Part shown: piece by piece, positions 1-8,915 of the stretch
Layout of the letters: each line of letters starts with the position of its first letter
Numbering within the stretch: the first letter of the stretch is position 1
Source of the DNA: an uncultured Planctomycetia bacterium
GTDB taxonomy: Bacteria; Omnitrophota; Gorgyraeia; Duberdicusellales; 4484-171
Direction of reading: 5' to 3'
Length of the DNA stretch: 64,000 nt
NCBI GenBank assembly: GCA_964455085.1
Contig: CAYVYJ010000004.1
Span: forward strand, 22,714 to 86,713
Translations under genes and position numbers: made by a program
Notes under the pieces: model-generated
What the model was told of the DNA's origin: nothing
Databases searched by the model: none
Seen by the model: only the letters and a program-made list of their open reading frames with translations

Positions 1-604
1 TAATTGCTTTTTTATCCTTTAAGGTATCAAAATAACTTATCCTAAACTTTTCTACCCGGAAGTCAAAATCATCTAAGTGGGTAATTACCAGGATAAACAC
101 CAGAAGACTTAAGCTAGCCGGTATCAGATAAAGTAGCAGGGGGAAACTGGCAAAGAATCCACTCAAAAAAACACTGATTAAGTTTGAAAGATAGGAGAGA
201 GTGAAAAATATCCCAATATACTTTGCTTTATCTCTAGTTGGGATAACCTTACCTATAGTAATAAGCACCAGTGGTACGAAGCTACAACCAAAACAACCCA
301 TTAAAAATCTAAATAGGAAAGCTTCAGTGATACTCTTGGAAAGTGAAAAAAACAAAGCGGTCAGAAAGAATCCCAGAGTTGTAAAAAGAAGTATCTTTCT
401 TACCTTGACTATCCGGGTAAAAGGAGCCCAGATGAGAGCAAATACTCCGTAAGGAAGCATATAGAGCCAGGTGAGCGGTAAGGCCGCGTTCTTGGTTATC
501 CCAAAATAGATTGCGATTGACGGTATTAAAGCAGCCATGGCGGCAACACCGAAAGAAACTGCAAAAAACATCAGACAAAAGATATAGAAACTTAACTTAG
601 GCAT
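1..604 (-). CDS. MFS transporter, partial (runs off the left edge; not in the ORF track)
   Basis: Manual translation from ATG at 604, overlapping the upstream cyclase stop (ATGCCTAA): MPKLSFYIFCLMFFAVSFGVAAMAALIPSIAIYFG...FLFRFLMGCFG... The frame is open to the window edge, has several hydrophobic helices and an MFS motif-B-like RFLMG. Confidence 0.8.
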   Translation of the reverse strand, partial: MPKLSFYIFCLMFFAVSFGVAAMAALIPSIAIYFGITKNAALPLTWLYMLPYGVFALIWAPFTRIVKVRKILLFTTLGFFLTALFFSLSKSITEAFLFRFLMGCFGCSFVPLVLITIGKVIPTRDKAKYIGIFFTLSYLSNLISVFLSGFFASFPLLLYLIPASLSLLVFILVITHLDDFDFRVEKFRISYFDTLKDKKAI

Positions 605-1034
605 TAATCTCCTTCTCAATTATCCCCTTAAATAGCTTTAAGTTATCTTGGGAGTGTTTATTTATTAACTCTTCAACTTGAGGATCAGTATATTTAGCCT
701 CTTTGTCCATCTTAAAATCCTGAATCCAGGTCATCTCAACACCACCGCTAACCTCACGATAAAGCCAGATAATCTTCATATACTCAAAAGGAAACATCGG
801 CTCCAACCGACAAGCATAAGCAAATTTATCTTGTTTAAACAACAGACGATAGGACTTCCAGCTATTCCCGTTCTTGTGGGTGAGTTGAAAAATAATCTTA
901 TTGTCTTGAGTCTCTAAAACATCGGAAGCGGTATATTCTTCAAATAATTCTTTCCAGCGCGAAATATCATTGCTAATATCAAAAATCAACTCAAAAGGTG
1001 CATTAATCACAATCGAGTTTGCTGTATGTGCCAT
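597..1034 (-). CDS. Monodomain polyketide aromatase/cyclase (SRPBCC, TcmN/WhiE-ORFVI type)
   Basis: HTxNSIVINAP...NDISRWKELFEEY...SYR...PFEYMKIIWLY...MTWIQDF follows the WhiE/TcmN ARO/CYC pattern as I recall it; lies downstream of the minimal PKS. Confidence 0.9.
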   Translation of the reverse strand: MAHTANSIVINAPFELIFDISNDISRWKELFEEYTASDVLETQDNKIIFQLTHKNGNSWKSYRLLFKQDKFAYACRLEPMFPFEYMKIIWLYREVSGGVEMTWIQDFKMDKEAKYTDPQVEELINKHSQDNLKLFKGIIEKEINA

Positions 1035-1072
1035 TTTTACCTCCTTTGTCTACTGCGACGAGGGATATATTA

Positions 1073-1894
1073 TTAATAATCATCTACCACACCAACTACC
1101 CTTGCCCAGGCAGCACCGGTCTTCTTTATTCTTACTGGAAAACAAATAACCTTAAACCCCGAATCCGGCAACTTAGCCAAATTAGCTAATCTTTCAATAT
1201 GGATAAACTCTCGCTTTCTACCATGAAAATGAGCCGGCCAAAGATGTTTAGGATCTTTTGTTTTCAAAAAATCCTCGATCATAAATTTATAAGGTCGATC
1301 AATACCCATAGTATCTACTCCAAATATTTTTACCCCCCGATCAAGAAGGTAGTCAATCGCTGAAGGGTCTACTCCTGGATAATCAGAGAAATACTTGGGG
1401 CTTCCGAAAAGACGATCTGAGCCGGTATAAAAGAAAACAATATTCAAAGGCTTAAGTAAATAATCAATCTTTCCCAAAGCTTCTTCTATATCTTCACTTG
1501 TAATGACCTGATCAGCCCTTTTATTGCTAAAGTCAAGCTTGACTGCCTCTTGATAACACCACTCAAGCGGGATCTCATCAGCAGTCTTCGATGGTTTACC
1601 TTCAGACTTACTTCCGTAGTGAAAAGAATAGTCAAGATGAGTTCCACTATGAACTGAGGAATGCACTATCTCTAAAGACAGAAACTCCTGATCAGGTAAA
1701 TCTTCCTTCCTGACTATCCGTTGTCCCAGGAGATGCCTAATTTTACCCTTAAAAGTTTTACCCATCAAAACTCTATTCAATTTGGCAATTCCATCCTTAT
1801 GAGACACCCGTTCAATCTTTAAATCATGTACCTCAAAGGCTTTATCGTCAATCAATAAGCTTAAATCTACTATCTTCATGTCTCTATTGGTCAA
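1073..1894 (-). CDS. Cyclase family protein (kynurenine-formamidase-like fold), probable second polyketide cyclase
   Basis: HSGTHLD metal motif, GVDTMGID, HIERLANL, PVRI...AAWARVV. Confidence 0.85.
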   Translation of the reverse strand: MTNRDMKIVDLSLLIDDKAFEVHDLKIERVSHKDGIAKLNRVLMGKTFKGKIRHLLGQRIVRKEDLPDQEFLSLEIVHSSVHSGTHLDYSFHYGSKSEGKPSKTADEIPLEWCYQEAVKLDFSNKRADQVITSEDIEEALGKIDYLLKPLNIVFFYTGSDRLFGSPKYFSDYPGVDPSAIDYLLDRGVKIFGVDTMGIDRPYKFMIEDFLKTKDPKHLWPAHFHGRKREFIHIERLANLAKLPDSGFKVICFPVRIKKTGAAWARVVGVVDDY

Positions 1895-1897
1895 TAC

Positions 1898-2140
1898 TTA
1901 GCTTAAACCACCCTTTTTCTTATTAATCACCTCAACAATCTCAGCCAGGGTAGAGAATTTTGTAATCTCATTAGTTTCAATCTTAATACCAAAATGCTTA
2001 TTAAAAGAAACTACTAACTCTACCATCTCGGTTGAATCAACTCCGATAGAGTCATACAACTTTTGATCTTCTGCCAGCTCCTCTTTTCCGATATCCAATG
2101 CATCGCTGATAATATTAATAACCTCACTTTTTGTGTCCAT
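1898..2140 (-). CDS. Acyl carrier protein (type II PKS)
   Basis: 80 aa, acidic, GVDSTEMVE phosphopantetheine Ser motif; follows the KS/CLF pair. Confidence 0.92.
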   Translation of the reverse strand: MDTKSEVINIISDALDIGKEELAEDQKLYDSIGVDSTEMVELVVSFNKHFGIKIETNEITKFSTLAEIVEVINKKKGGLS

Positions 2141-2167
2141 AAAATTCCTCCTGGTTAAACTAATTTA

Positions 2168-3400
2168 TTATTTTTCTACTGCTAGCACAACATTTATTCC
2201 GCCCCGCCCTCTGGCAATAATCAGGGCTTTAGCGATTTCTTTCTCTTTAGGTTTATTGGGAGTATAATTTAAATCGCAATAAGGGTCTCTCATCTCCTGG
2301 TTAATCGTTGGCAGAACGATTGAATGTTTCATTGAAAAAAGTGTAACGATTAAATCTAAAGCGCTCTGGGCCCCGAGGAGATTTCCGTACATGCTCTTAG
2401 GAGCACTGAGAGCAATTTTGTTTATTGGCTTCCCAAATACATTTTTTAAAGCTGTTGTCTCAAGATAATCCCCCATTACAGTTGCTTCACCGTCTAAGCA
2501 GATATAATCTATGTCTTGCCTGTTCCAAGAAGCGTCTTTTAAGCATTCTTCTATTGCGTATTCTAACTCCTCTGATTTAGGACTGTACCTTGAATAGTGT
2601 TGCCCGTCGGAAGAGAAACCAATTCCTTTTATAAATCCATAAATCGGTACGCCTCTTTTTTTAGCTTTAGATTCTTTCTCCAAAATAACTATTCCTGAAC
2701 CTTCGCCTAAAACAAAGCCATCCCGGTTTAAATCATAAGGTTTATAAGCTTCTTTAGGGTTAAGATTATTCTTAGATAAATTACCGCAGGTATTTGCCGA
2801 CAATAAAGCATAGGGAGTAATCGGTGCCTCCATGCCCCCGGCTAAGACAAAATCTACTCGTTCTTGAGCGATTACTTTAGAACCATACCACAAACTCAAA
2901 GCTGAAGAAGCTTTATCGGCGACAATGGTCTTGCTATAACCTTTAAAGCCATAGTATATGGTAATTTGTCCCTGGGGCGCTGCCGGAAACCAAGCTGAAG
3001 CCATGTAGGGAGAAATTCCTTCTCTTCCTTCAATATACATATCACGCAATTCAGTCTCAGCAAAAAGCCAACCACCAATAGCATTCCCCATAAATACACC
3101 AACCCTATCCTTATCAATCTTTGCTAAATCCATCCCGGCATCAGAGATAGCCTGTTCACTGGCAACTAAAGCCATGTGAGAGAATACATCTATCTTTTTA
3201 ATCAGTCTTCCAGAAAGGTGGCTGTAGTGGTCAAGTTCACGGACCTGGCCGGCAATCCGGGAAGGATATAGGGAAGCATTGAATCTTTTAATCTCGCTGA
3301 TAAAAGAATCACATTTTTTAAGATTAGCCCAAAAAGTTTCCTTCTTTAACCCACAAGGCGAAACTACGCCGATACCGGTTATTGCAACTCTCTGGCTCAT
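2168..3400 (-). CDS. Type II PKS chain-length factor (KS-beta)
   Basis: Ketosynthase fold without the catalytic Cys or His residues (VADKASS, DGEAT, MYGNL); CLF-like AWFPAAPQGQI and C-terminal ARGRGGIN. Confidence 0.88.
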   Translation of the reverse strand: MSQRVAITGIGVVSPCGLKKETFWANLKKCDSFISEIKRFNASLYPSRIAGQVRELDHYSHLSGRLIKKIDVFSHMALVASEQAISDAGMDLAKIDKDRVGVFMGNAIGGWLFAETELRDMYIEGREGISPYMASAWFPAAPQGQITIYYGFKGYSKTIVADKASSALSLWYGSKVIAQERVDFVLAGGMEAPITPYALLSANTCGNLSKNNLNPKEAYKPYDLNRDGFVLGEGSGIVILEKESKAKKRGVPIYGFIKGIGFSSDGQHYSRYSPKSEELEYAIEECLKDASWNRQDIDYICLDGEATVMGDYLETTALKNVFGKPINKIALSAPKSMYGNLLGAQSALDLIVTLFSMKHSIVLPTINQEMRDPYCDLNYTPNKPKEKEIAKALIIARGRGGINVVLAVEK

Positions 3401-3403
3401 TAA

Positions 3404-4651
3404 TTACCTCCACCTCTTAAATACAATCGAAGAATGGATTCCCGAAAATCCACTACTGGTCTTAAGTATATACTCTGGCATTAATTTCCTCTTTTTATTG
3501 GGAATATAATCTAAATCGCACTTAGGATCAAGCTCTTCCTGATTAATCGTCGGCGGAAGATATCCTTTTTCAAAAATCATACAACATAATACGCTCTCTA
3601 CAGCATTGGCTGCAGCTAAAGGGTGCCCAATCATCGATTTAATCGAACTTATGGGAACTTTATAAGCAAAATCACCTAAAACCTTTTTGTAAGCATCAGT
3701 CTCAAAAACATCATTCTGCCTGGTAGATGAACCATGAGCATTTATATAAGAGATATCTTCATTCTTTATGCCGGCATTTGCTATTGCTTCTCGCATACAG
3801 CGGGCCATTGGTTCACCGTCTGAGGGCAAATCAGTCATATGGTAAGCATTGCAGCTTGTCCCATAACCAAGAATCTCAGTATAGATATGAGCACCACGTC
3901 GCCTAGCATGTTCTAACTCCTCCAGAATTAAAATACCGGCAGCCTCGCTGATAACAAAACCATTCCGCTTATTATCAAAGGGACGACTTGCTTTATGAGG
4001 CTGGTCATTATTCTTAGCCAAAACACTTACCACATCAAAAGCCCCGAAGGTAATCGGGGTAACCGGAGCTTCACTGGCTCCGGCAATAATTAAATCTTGC
4101 CTTCCTTCCTGAATAAGTTCATAAGCAAACCCTAAGGAATCAGTTCCAGCAGTACAGCCAGTGGAAACTGTACAATTGATTCCCTTGGTCCCATGGATTG
4201 CCCCTATCTCGGCACTGGGAGTATTAAACATAGCAGCATCATAAAGATAAGGTCGCCCTTTGCGGGGATCAATAGGGTTCTTACCCCAATCAGTAACTAA
4301 TAAAAACTCTTCTTCCATGAACCGGGTTCCGCAAATTGCATTAGCTAAAACTACGCCACATCTGTGGCGGTCCAACCTATTAAAATCTAATTTTGCATCT
4401 TCCACTGCACCAGCGGCCGCAGCAATTCCAAACTGAACATATCTATCCATGCGTTTATGCTCAACTATGCCAAACTTTAAGGGATCGAAGCCTAAATCCT
4501 GGGAAGCAATTTTCGAAAGAAACAAACTCACATCAAAATTCTCAACCTTCTCGACACAAGGCTTACCGGCAATTAGATTATTGTAAAACTCATTCCTATC
4601 TTCTCCGGCTGCAGAGATAACTCCGATTCCGGTAACTACTACTCTTTTCAA
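3404..4651 (-). CDS. Type II PKS ketosynthase alpha
   Basis: VSTGCTAG catalytic Cys, YHMTDL, INAHGSSTRQND, KSMIGH, SGFSGIHS: aromatic KS-alpha signatures rather than FabF. Confidence 0.9.
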   Translation of the reverse strand: MKRVVVTGIGVISAAGEDRNEFYNNLIAGKPCVEKVENFDVSLFLSKIASQDLGFDPLKFGIVEHKRMDRYVQFGIAAAAGAVEDAKLDFNRLDRHRCGVVLANAICGTRFMEEEFLLVTDWGKNPIDPRKGRPYLYDAAMFNTPSAEIGAIHGTKGINCTVSTGCTAGTDSLGFAYELIQEGRQDLIIAGASEAPVTPITFGAFDVVSVLAKNNDQPHKASRPFDNKRNGFVISEAAGILILEELEHARRRGAHIYTEILGYGTSCNAYHMTDLPSDGEPMARCMREAIANAGIKNEDISYINAHGSSTRQNDVFETDAYKKVLGDFAYKVPISSIKSMIGHPLAAANAVESVLCCMIFEKGYLPPTINQEELDPKCDLDYIPNKKRKLMPEYILKTSSGFSGIHSSIVFKRWR

Positions 4652-4680
4652 TTTCTTCCTCCTTAAAAATACAAACTTAT

Positions 4681-5262
4681 CTATTCTTTTCTGCTCACTT
4701 TAAATATAATATTCCCGCCATCAGGACAGGTTACTGTATCTATAGAATTCTGATTATCCATAAAGGGGAATTTTGCACCAAAATTAAGCGCAAAAAGGGC
4801 TGGAAAAGCCGTGTGCCAGGCAGCTCCACAGAATCCAGGAATACACTTAAGGCCTTCCATGTCCCACTTATCACCAACCTTATAGTTATAAAAACACTTG
4901 CCCTTAGCTTTAACAACCTCGATGACCATCTGTTTTGGTTTCGGACCCTTATAGCTAGGATCTTTAGGAATATTATCAATCTCACCTTGCTTATTAAATA
5001 TCTCGGCCTTAAATTCTAATTTTCCACCATCAGGACAAGTCACCAATAAAGACCGTTGGTTATCCATAAAAGGGAATTTAGCATTGAAACTTAAGGCATA
5101 AATTACTGGAAAGAGAGCATGAGCTAAGCCTAAACAAAAGTGTTTAGGTGGGTGGGTAAAATCCTCCAAAATAAGTTCTGTGCCGATTTTATAACCATGA
5201 TAACAGTGGCCGGAAACTGCATTTACAGTAAGTTTTAGTTTAGGAAAAGGAGTATCAACCAT
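4681..5262 (-). CDS. Tandem-duplicated Cys-motif protein (TIGR04076-like)
   Basis: Two internal repeats, each with GxCxxxYKxG, FC, ALxFxAKFPFMDNQxS and VTCPDGG. Confidence 0.7.
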   Translation of the reverse strand: MVDTPFPKLKLTVNAVSGHCYHGYKIGTELILEDFTHPPKHFCLGLAHALFPVIYALSFNAKFPFMDNQRSLLVTCPDGGKLEFKAEIFNKQGEIDNIPKDPSYKGPKPKQMVIEVVKAKGKCFYNYKVGDKWDMEGLKCIPGFCGAAWHTAFPALFALNFGAKFPFMDNQNSIDTVTCPDGGNIIFKVSRKE

Positions 5263-5274
5263 TTTACACCATCC

Positions 5275-6285
5275 TTATTGTTGATTCTTGAGACCGGCCA
5301 TTTCTAATAACAAGTCTTGTTTACTTATGAACGAGCCGGTCTCCTCAACCTTATGCACCAACTCAACGATTCTTTTATTTATCGGAGCCTTAAGATTGTT
5401 CTCATCAGCTAAACTGACAATTTCTCCGTTGATATAGTCAATTTCTGATCGTTTGTTATTCCTTATACTTTGGAGTATTGAACCATAGAGCGGCTCTTTG
5501 CTTAATGAGTTTATAACCTGGGAAAAAATATTAGCGGCCTGATCTCTCGGCATTGAGACCAATCCTTCAATTCTGGTTTTAGGATAAGTGGGTAAATCAG
5601 CTAGTTTTATACCACTGGTTTTGATAATATTAAATGCCTCTTGATTTAATTCTATTGCTAATTTTGCAAAATTTAAGTCGCTAAATGCCTCCTGCATCGA
5701 TAAACCTAAGACAGCCGGGATACAATTATTTAGATTGATCAACAACTTAAGGTATTTAGCTCCTTTAATTTGATTGGAGATTACAGTATTAAATGCAGAA
5801 CTTAGATAATCGCTTACTGCCTCGATATTAGATACTTCTTGATTAAAGATATTGCCTAATATTAAATTGCCCTCAAAATTATGAACTATCCGGTTCGGCC
5901 GATAAAATGTTGCCCCAAACATTACAATTCCGGTGATGATCTTATTTTGGGGGAAATATTCTTTAAGAATATAATCGGCCCTTACCCCATTTTGGGTGCT
6001 AACAACCGTCGCCTCTTTTAAATACTTAAAATTATCCTTTATCAATTTCTCTAAATCATTGACCTTGCTAGAGAGAATAACTAAATCTACCCTTTCCTGG
6101 AGACTGGTTTGGGCCTTAACTTTAAAGTTATGAGAGCCTCGGATGCCATCGATCAACAAACCTTCTTTTTCCAGAGTTTTTTTCTGGTAATCCTTAACTA
6201 TGCCGATGACCTCAGAAGACTTTTTAGAAAGATACCCTAAGAATAATCCACCAATTGCCCCGCAACCTAAAACTGCTATTTTCAT
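5275..6285 (-). CDS. Ketopantoate reductase (PanE/ApbA)-family oxidoreductase
   Basis: GCGAIGG Rossmann motif, STQNG, KLLIN, SILQS...SEIDYING. Confidence 0.85.
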   Translation of the reverse strand: MKIAVLGCGAIGGLFLGYLSKKSSEVIGIVKDYQKKTLEKEGLLIDGIRGSHNFKVKAQTSLQERVDLVILSSKVNDLEKLIKDNFKYLKEATVVSTQNGVRADYILKEYFPQNKIITGIVMFGATFYRPNRIVHNFEGNLILGNIFNQEVSNIEAVSDYLSSAFNTVISNQIKGAKYLKLLINLNNCIPAVLGLSMQEAFSDLNFAKLAIELNQEAFNIIKTSGIKLADLPTYPKTRIEGLVSMPRDQAANIFSQVINSLSKEPLYGSILQSIRNNKRSEIDYINGEIVSLADENNLKAPINKRIVELVHKVEETGSFISKQDLLLEMAGLKNQQ

Positions 6286-6305
6286 TATAAAATATCCTTG
6301 TTGAC

Positions 6306-6572
6306 TTATTCTCCTTTACCAATGTAAGATCGATAATCGATATTTAGCTGATTAAGTAATCTTTGGAGCATCTCTTTAAAGGCCGGAGGAACCTCTTGAA
6401 AAAAAGCAACAATTAGATCTTTATCGACAACTTCGCTAGATCCGCGGCCCTTAGCCAACTCCTCAGCTTTTTCTTTAATAAGTCGCTCGGCAATTGTTCG
6501 GTGAAATTGAGGTAGATTACTTACTATCCTATTGAACTTTTCTTTTGTCTCATCATTCCAGATAATTCCCAT
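6306..6572 (-). CDS. PCP_red-like small helical protein
   Basis: W-NDETKEKF...LPQFHR...E..A...G...V pattern of the protochlorophyllide reductase C-terminal domain. Confidence 0.6.
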   Translation of the reverse strand: MGIIWNDETKEKFNRIVSNLPQFHRTIAERLIKEKAEELAKGRGSSEVVDKDLIVAFFQEVPPAFKEMLQRLLNQLNIDYRSYIGKGE

Positions 6573-6590
6573 ACCTTAGGACTCCTTTAG

Positions 6591-7325
6591 TTATAACTTA
6601 TCAACAACACTAAAAGCTAAATCTGCCATCTTCATCTCAGCTTCAAAAAATCTATAGTCAGCAAATCCTAATCTACCGGTAATAAGATTATCTGATACCG
6701 CTAAGATAGCTGCCACTTTCTTATGATAAAGATTTGCTACAGTCACAAAAGGAGAAGTTACCATATCAACCGCAATTGCCCCTTTTTCAATATAAGGGTT
6801 GACTATTTCTTTGGTCTCCCTGAATAAAGCATCGGTAGTCCATACCCCTCCTTGATGAAGTGGCGCAGAGGCTTTGAAAACCTCCTCTATTTTAGAAGTT
6901 AATAGCTTATCTACTTTAGATTCAAAATTATCATCAACATAATAGCGGCTTGCGCCATCGCCTCTGATAATATCAGTAGCTAAGATGTAGTCCCCGACAT
7001 TAATATCCTCACGCAGAGCACCACAGGAGCCGAGCCGAATAAGACTATTAACCCCACCAACACACAAGAACTCAGTAACAAAAGCTGAATCCGGAGCGTA
7101 GAATCCGCCGTTACCCACGGTTATTTTTTTACCCTTATACAAGCCACTCCAGAAAGTATAACCAAGAAAGGTGAAGTTCTTGACACAATTCTCTAAACGT
7201 TCCAAACACATCTTTGCTCTGTGCTGCTGGCCGCTGACTAAAGCGATTTCACCAAAATCACCATCTTTAAACTGCAAAGAATAAAGAAGCTCTTTGGGGC
7301 TTAAATGAAGATCTCTCTGCATCAT
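6591..7325 (-). CDS. Nucleoside phosphorylase family protein (PNP/UDP)
   Basis: IRLGSCGAL, IRGDGAS, WTTDALFRET, AVDM, AVSDNL. Confidence 0.85.
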   Translation of the reverse strand: MMQRDLHLSPKELLYSLQFKDGDFGEIALVSGQQHRAKMCLERLENCVKNFTFLGYTFWSGLYKGKKITVGNGGFYAPDSAFVTEFLCVGGVNSLIRLGSCGALREDINVGDYILATDIIRGDGASRYYVDDNFESKVDKLLTSKIEEVFKASAPLHQGGVWTTDALFRETKEIVNPYIEKGAIAVDMVTSPFVTVANLYHKKVAAILAVSDNLITGRLGFADYRFFEAEMKMADLAFSVVDKL

Positions 7326-7327
7326 GA

Positions 7328-8839
7328 TTAAGCTCCTCCTTTAACTAATTTTTGCTTATCAATTTTGCCGGTTCTATTCTTAGGTAAATCTTCTACAAAT
7401 TCAAAGTGGTGGGGAACTTTAAAGTGGGCTAGGCGTTCTTTTAAGAAGTCCTTTATTTCGTTTGTATCTAAGATTGTTTGCTGTTGGGAGACGATAAATG
7501 CTTTGGGTACCTCACCTCGTAAATTATCAGTTACACCAATAACCGCAACCTCTTTTACTTTGGGATGTTCTTGTATTTTCTCTTCCACCTCAGCCGAAAA
7601 CACTATCTCCCCGGCCACCTTAATCATATCTTTTTTCCTTCCTACTATATAATACAAACCCTCTTGGTCCTGTTTAACGATATCGCCGGTCTTAAGCCAT
7701 CCGTCTTCTCTCAACACCTCTTTAGTTAGGGCCGGTTCTTTAAAATATCCGCGCATTATCGCCTCACCCCTAACCCATAACTCTCCTCCCTCTCCCCTGC
7801 CGACACTTTCTCCAGCCTCATTAACAACCTTAGCTTCCATCTTCGAGTCAAAACCACCGATACTGGATATTTTGGCTTCATCAGACGGTGAAAAAGTATT
7901 GGGGCCTGTTGTTTCAGTCATTCCCCAACCATTTAAAACTACTGCCTTAGAACATAGTTTATGAAATCGCGCCAAAAGCTGCGGCGATGAAGGAGCACCA
8001 AAGACACCCGCAAATCGTAGCGAAGAAAGGTCAAACTTCTCATACCCTTTTAAGCAAAGAATCGCCACATACATTGCCGGAACAATGCAGAAGATAGTAA
8101 CTTTATGCCGCTGGATATTCCTTAAAAACTCTAAAGGATGAAATCTTTCCATCAGGATAAGGGAAGAAGAGAAATAAATCATCAGGAGTATATAACCTAA
8201 TCCTCCGATATGGGAAAAGGGCACGCCGCCGCATAAAAATATATCATCCCCAGATACAGCTAAGAAACGGTCGATAGTTTTAGGAGGATTATCTAAGTGT
8301 CTAAATTCTAAACTTACTCCTTTAGGGTGGCCGGTAGAGCCGGAAGTATAAAATATCGCACAAAGGTTACCCGGGTTATGTTCGATACTAATGTGATCGG
8401 GACTGGCTTGGCTTAAGACTGAATCCCAGGTTGGAAAACTCTGTAGATTCTCTGCAGCGACGATTATTTCCTTTAAACTTTTACAGCTACTCTTAATCTT
8501 TAGCAGGTCGAATCCCTTTTTGGGTTGAATCACTAAAACTTTAGTCTGGCTGTGATTGATGAAATTAATAATTTCACTCTCGGTTAACATGAAATCTAAA
8601 GGGACTATTGCTGCTTGAGCACTAAATACACCTAAGAGAGTAAATACAGCCTCAAGGCCATTAGGAAGAAACATGGCTACTTTATCTTCTGGCCTAATAC
8701 CTAAACTAAAAAGATAATTAGCCAACTTAAAAGAAGTACTTTTCAGCTCACGGAAGGTAACTATCCGATCTTGCAATACTACTGCCTGCTTCTGAGGATA
8801 ATTCTTAGCTTGCTGGTTAAGTAATTCCCGAATATTCAT
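7328..8839 (-). CDS. AMP-binding acyl-CoA/acyl-ACP ligase
   Basis: YTSGSTGHPKG, GWGMTET, TGD, GRKKDMIKVAG, LPKNRTGKI. Confidence 0.92.
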   Translation of the reverse strand: MNIRELLNQQAKNYPQKQAVVLQDRIVTFRELKSTSFKLANYLFSLGIRPEDKVAMFLPNGLEAVFTLLGVFSAQAAIVPLDFMLTESEIINFINHSQTKVLVIQPKKGFDLLKIKSSCKSLKEIIVAAENLQSFPTWDSVLSQASPDHISIEHNPGNLCAIFYTSGSTGHPKGVSLEFRHLDNPPKTIDRFLAVSGDDIFLCGGVPFSHIGGLGYILLMIYFSSSLILMERFHPLEFLRNIQRHKVTIFCIVPAMYVAILCLKGYEKFDLSSLRFAGVFGAPSSPQLLARFHKLCSKAVVLNGWGMTETTGPNTFSPSDEAKISSIGGFDSKMEAKVVNEAGESVGRGEGGELWVRGEAIMRGYFKEPALTKEVLREDGWLKTGDIVKQDQEGLYYIVGRKKDMIKVAGEIVFSAEVEEKIQEHPKVKEVAVIGVTDNLRGEVPKAFIVSQQQTILDTNEIKDFLKERLAHFKVPHHFEFVEDLPKNRTGKIDKQKLVKGGA

Positions 8840-8847
8840 CTTTGAAA

Positions 8848-8898
8848 AATAGTAAAATTTTAATAGTAAAATTTTACTATCAATGGCGATTTAGTCAA
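8848..8898 (-). promoter_or_regulatory. Putative sigma70 promoter of the PKS operon, overlapped by a perfect 18-bp palindrome (operator candidate)
   Basis: Minus strand TTGACT (8898-8893), 16 nt, TAAAAT (8876-8871). ATAGTAAAATTTTACTAT at 8863-8880 is a perfect palindrome. AATAGTAAAATTTT is tandemly repeated at 8848-8861 and 8862-8875. Confidence 0.6.
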
Positions 8899-8915
8899 GT
8901 TTTTTAAGCCAAATT

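Noticed and set aside
201-578. ORFs 201-452 (+) and 324-578 (-)
   Set aside because: Shadow frames of the real MFS gene starting at 604.
2168-4651. Reading the two ketosynthases as fatty-acid FabF copies
   Set aside because: The second copy lacks catalytic residues and has CLF motifs, the first has KS-alpha motifs, and an ACP and two cyclases follow.
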